This document shows, in pieces, positions 39,374-48,376 of a stretch of DNA of 64,000 bases. Origin of the DNA: an uncultured Candidatus Binatia bacterium (GTDB lineage Bacteria; Desulfobacterota; Binatia; Bin18); contig CBDDQA010000006.1 of NCBI GenBank assembly GCA_965232605.1, forward strand, positions 318,556 through 382,555. The letters are read 5' to 3'. Numbering within the stretch: position 1 is the stretch's first letter; each line of letters opens with the position of its first letter. The position numbers and the translations under genes were made by a program. The notes beneath the pieces were generated by a model, which ran no database searches, had not been told where the DNA came from, and saw nothing but the letters and a program-made list of their open reading frames with translations.

Positions 39374-39422
39374 TTGCGGGTCTGCAATCAGTCTGAAAAT
39401 GTGACTTTGCGATGTAATTCCC

Positions 39423-39450
39423 TTTGAAAAAGGGGGATTAAGGGGGATTT
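39423..39450. repeat. Right half of the palindromic intergenic repeat split by the cassette
   Basis: Rejoining 37337-37349 with 39431 onward gives CCCCCTTTGAAAAAGGGGGATTAAGGGGGATT. Confidence 0.7.
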
Positions 39451-39635
39451 GCCCGAAGGGGCGACTGCCCTCGGAGCGCGCGGCTGAGGATGGGACGGGC
39501 AACCATTTTCAAACTGAGACACTACCCATATCGCAATCTACGTTGACAGCTCCGGGGCTTCTCAGTAGACTGCCTCGTCACTCCACTAAAATACTCTTTT
39601 GATCGGCGTTGAACGGTTTTTCGTGAGGAATCATT

Positions 39636-41318
39636 ATGGCTGACACACAACTCAATCGTACCAGCGCCCACATCACCCAGCCCAAGTCGCAAGGGGCGTC
39701 TCAGGCCATGCTGTACGCCACGGGGCTGACCGAAGCCGATATGCAGCGCGCCCAAGTCGGTATCGCCAGCGTGTGGTTCGACGGCAATCCGTGCAATATG
39801 CACCTGGGCGACATCGCCACGAAGGTCAAAGAGGGCGTGGTTGCCGCCGACATGGTCGGGATGCGTTTCAACACGGTTGGGGTGTCCGACGGCATTTCCA
39901 TGGGCACGAGCGGCATGAGTTTCTCGCTGCAATCGCGCGACCTCATCGCCGACTCCATCGAAACCGTTATGGGTGCCCAGTGGTATGACGGCCTCATCAC
40001 CATCCCCGGCTGCGACAAAAACATGCCCGGCGTCATCATGGCGATGGGCCGGGTGAATCGCCCGGCCTTGATGATCTACGGCGGCACCATCCGCCCCGGC
40101 CACAGCCGCGGTAAGACGCTCGATATCGTGTCGGCCTTCCAGTGCTATGGCCAGTATATTGCCAAAACCATCACCGACGCCGAGCGCCAGGACGTCGTTC
40201 GCCATGCCTGCCCCGGCGCCGGGGCGTGTGGCGGCATGTACACCGCCAACACCATGGCCTCAGCCATTGAAGCGTTGGGCATGAGCCTGCCGTTCAGCTC
40301 CTCGACGCCGGCCACCGACTCCGGCAAGCTCGACGAGAGCCTCCGGGCTGGACGGGCGATGCGCGCCTTGCTGGAGCAGGATATCAAACCGCGCGATATC
40401 ATGACCCGTCAAGCGTTCGAAAACGCCATGGTCATGGTCATGGCGCTCGGCGGCTCGACTAACGCCGTGCTGCATCTGATCGCTATGGCGCGCGCTGTTG
40501 ACGTGGTCCTCACCATCGACGACTTCCAGGCGGTGAGTGACCGTGTGCCGTATGTGGCCGACCTCAAGCCCAGCGGCAAGTACGTGATGGAAGATCTGCA
40601 TAATATCGGCGGCACTCCGGCAGTGATGCAGTATCTCCTGGACAAAGGGCTGCTGCATGGTGACTGCCTGACGGTGACGGGCAAGACCCTGGCCGAAAAC
40701 CTGCGGGATCTGCCCGGCCTCCCGGCAGAACAGGACATTATTCAGCCGGTTGAGCGGCCGATTAAAGAGACGGGGCATATTTGTATTCTCAAGGGCAATC
40801 TCGCACCAGGCGGGGCGGTGGGCAAAATCACCGGCAAAGAAGGTCTGGTTTTCACTGGACCGGCCAAGGTCTTCGACTCGGAAGAGGACATGCTGCACGC
40901 GCTCGAACGCCAGGAGATCACACACGGCGATGTCGTGGTCATTCGCTACGAGGGTCCGAAAGGCGGACCGGGCATGCCGGAAATGTTGACCCCCACGTCA
41001 GCCCTGGTGGGTGCCGGTCTGGGTGGGGGCGTCGCGCTCTTGACCGACGGGCGTTTTTCCGGCGGCTCGCACGGTTTCCTCATCGGTCATATCGTCCCCG
41101 AAGCGCAGGAGGGCGGCCCGATCGGCCTGATTCAGGACGGCGACATCATCACCATTGATGCGGAGCAAAACATCCTTGACGTTGCCGTCAGTGACGAGGA
41201 GATGGCACGCCGTCAGGCACAGTGGACCATGCCGCCGTACAAGGCGACGCGCGGGACGCTGTACAAGTATATCAAGAGCGTGAAAGACGCCTCCGAAGGC
41301 TGCGTGACGGACGAATAA
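39636..41318 (+). CDS. ilvD: Dihydroxy-acid dehydratase
   Basis: PCNMH, DGISMG...[55 protein letters not shown]. Confidence 0.98.
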   Translation: MADTQLNRTSAHITQPKSQGASQAMLYATGLTEADMQRAQVGIASVWFDGNPCNMHLGDIATKVKEGVVAADMVGMRFNTVGVSDGISMGTSGMSFSLQSRDLIADSIETVMGAQWYDGLITIPGCDKNMPGVIMAMGRVNRPALMIYGGTIRPGHSRGKTLDIVSAFQCYGQYIAKTITDAERQDVVRHACPGAGACGGMYTANTMASAIEALGMSLPFSSSTPATDSGKLDESLRAGRAMRALLEQDIKPRDIMTRQAFENAMVMVMALGGSTNAVLHLIAMARAVDVVLTIDDFQAVSDRVPYVADLKPSGKYVMEDLHNIGGTPAVMQYLLDKGLLHGDCLTVTGKTLAENLRDLPGLPAEQDIIQPVERPIKETGHICILKGNLAPGGAVGKITGKEGLVFTGPAKVFDSEEDMLHALERQEITHGDVVVIRYEGPKGGPGMPEMLTPTSALVGAGLGGGVALLTDGRFSGGSHGFLIGHIVPEAQEGGPIGLIQDGDIITIDAEQNILDVAVSDEEMARRQAQWTMPPYKATRGTLYKYIKSVKDASEGCVTDE

Positions 41319-41407
41319 ATTCTTTGCGCCTGTCCGGCTAACGGCTTGTCGCCTCACTCGGGCGTCTGCTTGTTGAGCCGGCTTCTTGGCGGGCTTCCAC
41401 CAGCCTT

Positions 41408-41490
41408 GTAGGTCGGCTTAGCCGTAGGCGTAAGCCGACGTGGCGGGGACGGGGAGGAGTGTCGGATTACGCTTCGCTAATCCGACCTAC
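41408..41490. repeat. Inverted doublet of GTAG-family REP palindromes
   Basis: GTAGGTCGGCTTAGCCGTAGGCGTAAGCCGAC (41408-39) and GTCGGATTACGCTTCGCTAATCCGACCTAC (41461-90). Confidence 0.8.
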
Positions 41491-41831
41491 TGACTCAGCG
41501 GTGAGAGCCACGGCTCCGTCTTCCAAATACTCAGCATCCAGATCGAAGCGCCGCTTTCGCGTGCGACAGGCCCCTAGCCCTTTGCTGTGTCATAACTCGC
41601 GTACGGAGTTCAGCTTCATCACAGGTCAGAGCCTGCCCTCGGAGCCGTTGTAGTCCTGTGCGTATCGTTGGACAAGCAGCGCCGCCTCCGTCAGCATGGA
41701 ACTGAGGCCACAACCTTGCACTCGTCACGTTTGACAACTAAAGAAAACAGTGAGGGTCATACCACGGAATAAGGCATGCACTCACGGAGCGTGAGATTAG
41801 AGGCAGATCGTTCTGAGGAGGATTTACGCGC

Positions 41832-42659
41832 ATGAGTTATACCGACGTCGTCGAGAAAATCGACATACCAAGACCGCACAAGCATTATACCGAGCCCCAT
41901 TTTGAAGAGGTGCTTGGCCTGCCGATCGCGTATCGCCGCGAGGGGGCGGGCGAAGCCACGGTTTTGTTTCACGGGGCCGGCTTCACCCGCATGTGGCTTC
42001 CGTTCTATGCCATGCTTGCAGAAAAACTGGACTTCGTGGCCCCTGAGTGCCCCGGTTTTGGGGAAACGCCGCTGCCGCAGTGGGTACGCGGTTTCGATGA
42101 TCTCGCCATCCTCTACGACCAGTTGTTCGAGCAGCTTGGACTCTCCCACATCCACCTCATTGGTTTTTCGATGGGTGGCTGGGCAGCCGCCGAGTTTGCT
42201 GCGTTTTACCCGCGCCGGCTCAAATCGCTCTCGCTCATTACCCCGGTTGGACTGCGGCTGGAAGACGACCCTGGCGTCGATATTTTTCAGCTCTCCCCAC
42301 CCGAAGTCATGGACCGTCTCTTCAAGGACAAGGACGTGATGCGGGCATGGTTGCCGGACGGGGAGGATTTCGACGAAGGCATTCATATGTATAGTGAGTT
42401 CTCCGCCGCGGCGCGCCTCATGTGGGCGCCGCGTTACAACCTCAAGCTCGAACACCGCCTCCAGCGACTGACCTGTCCAACCCAGGTCATTGGGGCCGAA
42501 GAAGACCGCCTTGTCCCGAACGCCATGTCGGATAAATTTGCCGCCGTATTACCGAACTGCCGACTGACCCGCATCGCGGGCACCGGCCACGAACCGCTGT
42601 TGGAACGGCCGCGTGAACTCGCCGCTATTCTGACGGCTTTTATCGAGGAGGCGACATAA
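41832..42659 (+). CDS. Alpha/beta fold hydrolase
   Basis: LFHGAG, PECPGFG, GFSMGG nucleophile elbow, GTGHEP; stop overlaps the next start. Confidence 0.9.
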   Translation: MSYTDVVEKIDIPRPHKHYTEPHFEEVLGLPIAYRREGAGEATVLFHGAGFTRMWLPFYAMLAEKLDFVAPECPGFGETPLPQWVRGFDDLAILYDQLFEQLGLSHIHLIGFSMGGWAAAEFAAFYPRRLKSLSLITPVGLRLEDDPGVDIFQLSPPEVMDRLFKDKDVMRAWLPDGEDFDEGIHMYSEFSAAARLMWAPRYNLKLEHRLQRLTCPTQVIGAEEDRLVPNAMSDKFAAVLPNCRLTRIAGTGHEPLLERPRELAAILTAFIEEAT

Positions 42660-43996
42660 TGAACAAGCTACGTTTTTATTTCTTTCACCTGATGCCCTAC
42701 CCCCACATTCCGCCGGCGTCTGAAATCCAGTCCACCTGGGTGTCGTTGTCGAATAAGCATTATGACCCCCATCGCGGTCACTCGCTCTACACCGAATACC
42801 TCGACCAACTCGCCGCCGCCGAACAATTCGGCTTCGACGCGATTGCCGTCAACGAACATCACGCCAATTTCTATGGCACGATGCCGTCGCCAAACATTAT
42901 CGCCGCGATGCTGGTGCAGCGGACGAAAGACATCCCGATCGGCATTATCGGCAACGCCATCCCCCTGCACGGCAACCCCCTGCGGGTCGCCGAGGAAATC
43001 GCCATGCTCGACGTTATTTCGGGCGGTCGGATTATTTCCGGCTTTGTGCGCGGTATCGGGTGTGAATACTTCAACAACGGGATCGCCCCGGCCGATTCGC
43101 TGGCACGCTTCAACGAAGCCCATGACTTGATCCTCAAAGCCTGGACTGATGACGGCCCCTTTACCTGGCAGGGCGAGCATTTCTACGTCCCCAACGTCAA
43201 TCCCATTCCGCGCCCGATTCAGCAACCCCATCCGCCGATCTGGATCCCAGGCCAGGGCTCGCTCGAAACCTTGCAGTTCATTGCGGAACACAAATACACC
43301 TATATGATGGTCTTCTCTCCCCTGTGGTTCACCAAGATGGCGTTCGACGGCCTGCGGGAAGAGTGTCAGCGGCTCGGTTACGACGCACCCAAGAGCATGT
43401 TCAACGCCTGCGTCCCGACCTACGTCGCCGAGACCGACGAACAAGCGCACCGCGAGGCCAAAGCCCACCTGTCGTGGGTCTTCAACACCGGGCTCAAAAT
43501 CCCCGACCAGTTCTTTTTCCCGCCGGGCTATATGTCGACCAAGTCGTTTCGCAACTTCATCGGCCTGCTGCAAAAAGGGAAGGTCAAACCACAAGTCAAC
43601 CTGACCTATGACGAGCTGATCGCCGATCGCTATATCATCGTCGGCTCTCCGGAGACGGTCAAGAACGAACTCGGCCACTACTGCGACGAAGTGGGCGCGG
43701 GTGGTATCATCGGCCCGGGCTCGCCCTACGGACCAATGCCGAACTGGATGGTCATGAAGCATATGCAGATCGTTTCCGAGGAAGTCATGCCCGAATTCCG
43801 CGAAGCCGATGGCTTGCCGGACTACCAGCGAGCCGGGCCGAACTCACAACGCTCGCGGGCCGAACTCGCCGCAGTCAAAGGCAAACCGGAAGAAACTGCT
43901 CGCTCTCGGGTGACGGGCGGCGGCGACAGACTGATCGAACACCGCCTGGCCCACGTTGCAGAGGTGATTGATCCGACTATGGAACAGGCACAGTGA
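42659..43996 (+). CDS. LLM class flavin-dependent oxidoreductase with C-terminal extension
   Basis: AVNEHHANFYGTMPSPN, NPLRVAEEIAMLDVISGGRIISGFVRGIG, PIQQPHPPIWIPG. Confidence 0.92.
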   Translation: MNKLRFYFFHLMPYPHIPPASEIQSTWVSLSNKHYDPHRGHSLYTEYLDQLAAAEQFGFDAIAVNEHHANFYGTMPSPNIIAAMLVQRTKDIPIGIIGNAIPLHGNPLRVAEEIAMLDVISGGRIISGFVRGIGCEYFNNGIAPADSLARFNEAHDLILKAWTDDGPFTWQGEHFYVPNVNPIPRPIQQPHPPIWIPGQGSLETLQFIAEHKYTYMMVFSPLWFTKMAFDGLREECQRLGYDAPKSMFNACVPTYVAETDEQAHREAKAHLSWVFNTGLKIPDQFFFPPGYMSTKSFRNFIGLLQKGKVKPQVNLTYDELIADRYIIVGSPETVKNELGHYCDEVGAGGIIGPGSPYGPMPNWMVMKHMQIVSEEVMPEFREADGLPDYQRAGPNSQRSRAELAAVKGKPEETARSRVTGGGDRLIEHRLAHVAEVIDPTMEQAQ

Positions 43997-44179
43997 AGCG
44001 GACCCGACACTACCCGCAACGGCCTTCCGGCGGGCGACAGCGATGCTATGAGTCGAGAGCCCGCGCAGGAAGCGACAGCGAAGGCACGGGGCATCACCCC
44101 GAGAGCGAGCGCGAGGAGAAGGTGTCGCGGGCCGAAAACGCAGGCGTGAGCCGACTACAATCCACCGAGGGAACCTCAG

Positions 44180-45508
44180 ATGCAAATCGGATATTTCACT
44201 GAACGACCGTATCGCTGGCTGCCCGAAGAGCTCATTTTGAAGAACCGGGCGTTTTTCGCCATCTCGAACGAGCACTTTGACCGCGAAAAGGCGGCCGACG
44301 ACTACAATTATTATCTCGACGAATACTGCTACGCCGAGGACCTGGGCTTCGACGCCCTGGCCCTGAATGAGCATCATGGCAACCCGATCTGCATGGGATC
44401 GGTCATGAATGTCGAAGCCGCCATCCTGGCGCGGATTACCCGCAAGGCCAAGATCGTTCTGGTCGGGAATCCGCTGCCGGTACTCAAGCATCCGCTGCGG
44501 ATGGCCGAAGAGCTGGCCGAGATCGATCTGATCTCGCGCGGCCGCCTGGTCACCGGCTGGGTGCGCGGCGCGGGCAGCGAGCAGTTCTTCAATAATGCCA
44601 ATCCGGCCTATAACCGCGAGCTGTTCAACGAAGCCCACGACTTTATCGTGCAGGCTTGGACCAAGCCCGGCCCGTGGCGCTACGAGGGCAAACATTTCCA
44701 TTATCGCCACGTGAATCCGTGGGCCTTACCCTACCAGAAGCCCTACCCGCCGATGTGGATACCCGGAACGCTGAGCCCCGAGACCGTTGCGTGGTCTGCC
44801 GCCCATCGCTATCCGTATATCGGTCTTGGCACCCCGCTGCCGGCCACCTGCGAGTTGTGGGACTTCTACGCGGACGAGGCGGCCAAGCACGGCTATCAGG
44901 CCGGGCCGGAGAACTTCGGCTATATGGTCGCGACGGCCGTGGGAGAGACCGAGGAGAAAGCGCAGCAGGCCGCCGCGGGCTTCGTCTACGGGGGCGGGCA
45001 GAATGCCTTCTCGGGGGCGGAATTCATGATGCCGCCGGGCTATAACTCGAAAGCGGCCATTCGCAACCTGGCAAAGACCCAGACCAGCGCGTGGCTGGGG
45101 ATCAGCGGCCAGAAGCTGAAGGAGCAGCAGCAGGGCGCGGCCGGCGATATCGATTATGCGGCCATCCGGGGCAAGCTGCAGGCAGCCCTGGAGCGCGGGC
45201 AGCAGAATATGCAGGTCATTGTCGGCACGCCCACGACCGTGGTCCCCAAAATCAAGGCGATCATGAGCGTCCTGCGGGTCGGGATCTTCATCATCCTGCA
45301 CCTGCAGGGACCGCACGGTGACGACGAGCGGCGCACCAGCATGCGCTTATTCGCGGAAGAGGTGATACCGGCGCTCAAGGACCACGCGCGGGCGATCGAC
45401 CTGGCCGACCCGTTTGAGCGCTCGCCCGGCTCGGTGAGCTTGGGAGCCGGGACCAAGCGTGCGCCCGTCTCGGACCGCAGCCCGCTGCCCGAGCTAGGGT
45501 TCCACTAG
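44180..45508 (+). CDS. LLM class flavin-dependent oxidoreductase
   Basis: ALNEHHGNP, HPLRMAEELAEIDLISRGRLVTGWVRGAG, PYQKPYPPMWIPG. Confidence 0.92.
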   Translation: MQIGYFTERPYRWLPEELILKNRAFFAISNEHFDREKAADDYNYYLDEYCYAEDLGFDALALNEHHGNPICMGSVMNVEAAILARITRKAKIVLVGNPLPVLKHPLRMAEELAEIDLISRGRLVTGWVRGAGSEQFFNNANPAYNRELFNEAHDFIVQAWTKPGPWRYEGKHFHYRHVNPWALPYQKPYPPMWIPGTLSPETVAWSAAHRYPYIGLGTPLPATCELWDFYADEAAKHGYQAGPENFGYMVATAVGETEEKAQQAAAGFVYGGGQNAFSGAEFMMPPGYNSKAAIRNLAKTQTSAWLGISGQKLKEQQQGAAGDIDYAAIRGKLQAALERGQQNMQVIVGTPTTVVPKIKAIMSVLRVGIFIILHLQGPHGDDERRTSMRLFAEEVIPALKDHARAIDLADPFERSPGSVSLGAGTKRAPVSDRSPLPELGFH

Positions 45509-45570
45509 TCCAGCGGCGGTGTTCCCGGCCGAAACGGTTTGCGTCAACGGAGCAGAGAAAGCGAGGTCAC

Positions 45571-46533
45571 ATGCACCCTGCCAATATGAAAATCGGTGCC
45601 CTGACCCCCACCTGGACCGGCTCACTTGCGGGGCAAACGCCGACGATCCAACAGTCCTTGGCGTTTGCCCGACATGCGGAAGCCGTCGGCCTCGACAGCA
45701 TCTGGCTGACCGACCATCTGTATTGGGAAGCCTATGCCGACTTCCGCGCGGTGGGGATCGAGTTGCCCGCGGAATGGGAGGGAGTCAAAGGCGGGCAGTG
45801 GGAGTGCTGGACCTTTGCCGCGGCCCTCGCGACGCAAACCTCCACGATTCAAATCGGGACCCTGGTCTCCAATACGACCTTCCGCAATCCGGCCCTACTC
45901 GCCCGGACGGCGGATAATGTGATTGCCCTGAGTAAGGGCCGGCTCATCCTCGGCTTGGGGGCGGGTGATTTCACGTCCGAGCATCGCGCCTATGGCTTTG
46001 ACTTTGAGCGGAATGTCAGCCGCTTTGAGGAGGCGCTCCAGATCGTCCTGCCCCTGCTCAAAGGCGAGCGTTTCTCCTATACGGGGGAACTGCACCGGGT
46101 TGAGGATGCGGAACTCCTGCCGCGCTCCGAGGCCGGGGTGCCGCCGATTTTGATCGGGACCTTGAAGGGCAAGCCACGTATGTCCCGCCTCACGGCGCAA
46201 TATGCCGATATGTGGAACTGCATGATCGCGTTTAACGATTGCGCGATCGGGACGTTTCTCGGCGCCTGGGAACCGGTCCGGGTGGCCTGCGAACGCCACG
46301 GGCGCGATCCCCGGACGCTCTCTCGGGGCGCGACGGTAGCGGTCAATTTCACCGCTGGGCCGTATGAGATCATTCCCACCTCGGTGCCATTCTCCGGTTC
46401 GATTGAGCAGATCGCCGACCGATTTGCCGAGTACGCGGCACACGAGGCCGAACATGTGTCCGTGATTCCACACCCGTGGAACGAGGAGGGGCTCGATAAA
46501 CTCGCCGAAGTCGTGGCGTATCTCCGCAAGTAG
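45571..46533 (+). CDS. LLM class oxidoreductase
   Basis: IWLTDHL, WECWTFAAALA, IGTLVSNTTFRNPALLA, GRLILGLGAG. Confidence 0.9.
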   Translation: MHPANMKIGALTPTWTGSLAGQTPTIQQSLAFARHAEAVGLDSIWLTDHLYWEAYADFRAVGIELPAEWEGVKGGQWECWTFAAALATQTSTIQIGTLVSNTTFRNPALLARTADNVIALSKGRLILGLGAGDFTSEHRAYGFDFERNVSRFEEALQIVLPLLKGERFSYTGELHRVEDAELLPRSEAGVPPILIGTLKGKPRMSRLTAQYADMWNCMIAFNDCAIGTFLGAWEPVRVACERHGRDPRTLSRGATVAVNFTAGPYEIIPTSVPFSGSIEQIADRFAEYAAHEAEHVSVIPHPWNEEGLDKLAEVVAYLRK

Positions 46534-46580
46534 GGGGAGAGGCGTATTCACGAGGGGCCTGCCAACTCTTCGTATCCGAA

Positions 46581-46633
46581 GTCAGTAACTCCTCGGCAGG
46601 CCCATCCGTTCGCCCAGGAAATTCTTCACCATC
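46581..46633 (-). pseudogene. 3'-terminal remnant of an acyl-CoA dehydrogenase paralog/allele
   Basis: Encodes MVKNFLGERMGLPRSY*; 50/53 identical to 48376-48428, and all 3 differences are synonymous. Confidence 0.8.
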
Positions 46634-46708
46634 CCGTAAGATAAGTGAGACAGTCAATATGTGGACCGGGTGCAAGAAGTTCGTCCGGGGACGGATAAAA
46701 TGATTGCC

Positions 46709-46871
46709 CTAGAGCAGTTTTCACCGTAGTGTAGCGGACGGGCAACCACAGGGGGTTGCCCCTACAGAGATCATTCCCTCTCCCCTGGAGGGAGAGGGCC
46801 AGGGTGAGGGGGCCAGGGGGCTGCGCTCCTCGGGAGAGCGCCTCGCTACAGCAGAATGAAAACTGCCCTAG
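46709..46871. mobile_element. MITE-like element with CTAG ends and nested palindromes
   Basis: CTAGAGCAGTTTTCA ... TGAAAACTGCCCTAG (14/15). Inside: TGTAGCG...CGCTACA, GGGCAACC...GGTTGCCC and CCCTCTCC...GGAGAGGG hairpins. Confidence 0.7.
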
Positions 46872-46937
46872 CGAAGCGCGACGAGGCGCCTCTTGGCTGC
46901 GGGGCAGACGCAGCTTCTGCTGCGTCTGCTGTTCTTC

Positions 46938-48215
46938 TTAGAAGAAGATATAGGAGCGCACGACGACGTTCTTGCGGCAGGGCGCGTCCTTGGGCGCGGT
47001 CGGATCAATGCAGGCCGAGTGGAACGACCAGCGTGACACCGAGCCGTCCGTCACCGAGTCATAGCACTTGAGCATCGACACTTCGGTCGAGGTCTGCTGC
47101 GGAAGCCAGTACCACTCGTGCTCGGGACGGTAGGTGAAGCGGGTCGTCTCGCCCACGCGGTCGTCATAGATGCGGTAGTTGGTGATGTACGGCTGGTCGG
47201 CGAAAGACGGCCAGGCGCACAGCACGAAGGGGTGCTGGCCCACGGTCTCCATCGGCTTGGCCAGGTTGATCGACATGAACCGCCGCGCCATCTTCGCGTC
47301 GGCCTCGGCCTCGGTGTAGTGCTGGGTGCGCCCGAAGTTGCGCAGGTTCTTGGTCAGCAGCTCACGGCAGCGTACCCGCCCGCTGTTGTCGTTCAGGTCG
47401 TTGTGGACGATGTCAGCGTAGTAAGTGTTGACCCCCGGGTCCTTGTTGTCCTGGTCCTCCCTGACAGGGCCCGTGTAATCCTTGTCAAACAGGCCGTGGT
47501 TGTACACGAACGCATCGGTCGCATCCGGGAAGAAGTCCAAGAGGAGTTTCTCGATCTCCGGGTAGAACACGCGCTCGACCTCGGCCGCATCGTAGAAGTT
47601 CTGGCATTTCGATTCGATATGAGCGAGTGACACACCGAGTTTGTCCATGCACTCGGGGCTCGTGGGCGAGAGACCGGGGTGGTACTCCTCCATGCGGCGC
47701 GCATCGCGCAGGATTTGCGGAAAATAGAGACAGCCCCGACTGATGTTCTGCCCCTCCTTGCGGAACATTTTGGCCATATCCGCGCGCGCCGGGTCCCGCC
47801 AGATGGCGTTGGACGAGACGATGGAGTAGGACGGCTGCTCGATGACGGTGTAGGGCAGCGGCAGGGCGACGCCGCCTTCCGGGGCCTCGATGTTGTTCGC
47901 CCGAATATAGTCCAGGCACTCGTCGTAGCTCCGAAACCCGAGACCCCACTTGGTCTCGATTGGGCCGGGCGGGGCGTTCTCGATCATGTCGATAACCGCC
48001 TGCTCTTCCCCCTCTCTAATCTGGCGGAGCGCCGCCTCGATCGCCGCCGCGGTACCCGCATCCCCATCCTGATCGAACGACATATAGGACAAACCACCGT
48101 TCGCCGCGATGGGCGCTGGCTGTCCGACGGTGAGTTGGAGGGGAGGCACATAGGCCGATGAAACCGTCTTCGTACTCGTAGCAACACTGTTCTCGATGTC
48201 CTTGAGCCCGTCCAT
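46938..48215 (-). CDS. CmcJ/NvfI-family oxidoreductase with N-terminal extension (copy 2)
   Basis: Collinear with 7190..8455; the C-terminal ~150 aa appear identical. Confidence 0.8.
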   Translation of the reverse strand: MDGLKDIENSVATSTKTVSSAYVPPLQLTVGQPAPIAANGGLSYMSFDQDGDAGTAAAIEAALRQIREGEEQAVIDMIENAPPGPIETKWGLGFRSYDECLDYIRANNIEAPEGGVALPLPYTVIEQPSYSIVSSNAIWRDPARADMAKMFRKEGQNISRGCLYFPQILRDARRMEEYHPGLSPTSPECMDKLGVSLAHIESKCQNFYDAAEVERVFYPEIEKLLLDFFPDATDAFVYNHGLFDKDYTGPVREDQDNKDPGVNTYYADIVHNDLNDNSGRVRCRELLTKNLRNFGRTQHYTEAEADAKMARRFMSINLAKPMETVGQHPFVLCAWPSFADQPYITNYRIYDDRVGETTRFTYRPEHEWYWLPQQTSTEVSMLKCYDSVTDGSVSRWSFHSACIDPTAPKDAPCRKNVVVRSYIFF

Positions 48216-48249
48216 AATATACCCCCGAGTTAAAGATACCCCAGCGTGG

Positions 48250-48360
48250 CACGCAGGGCTTGTCTTGGCAAGGGTGTGGGATCGCTATTGCCTGATTCGC
48301 CTCTCGGCAATCTATCGAGGTTGGGCAGTGCCGATAGTGTGGCGAGTGCTGGAGCAGCGG
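48250..48360 (+). mobile_element. IS4-like transposase fragment
   Basis: VWDRYCLIRLSAIYRGWAVPIVWRVLEQ resembles the LSVVYRGRAIPLVW segment of IS4-family DDE transposases. Confidence 0.55.
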
Positions 48361-48376
48361 CCACTCGCACCAATGG

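Larger units (their letters stand above)
37350..39422. mobile_element. Non-autonomous IS1595-like cassette (2,073 bp) with passenger gene
   Basis: Left TIR GGGAATTATATCTTTTATTCACATT vs right TIR (reverse complement) GGGAATTACATCGCAAAGTCACATT, 19/25 identical. Flanked by exact 8-bp direct repeat TTTGAAAA (37342-49, 39423-30). No transposase inside. Confidence 0.8.

Noticed and set aside
41491-41760. Short ORFs between the REP doublet and the hydrolase
   Set aside because: Interrupted by stops, no recognisable motif or RBS.
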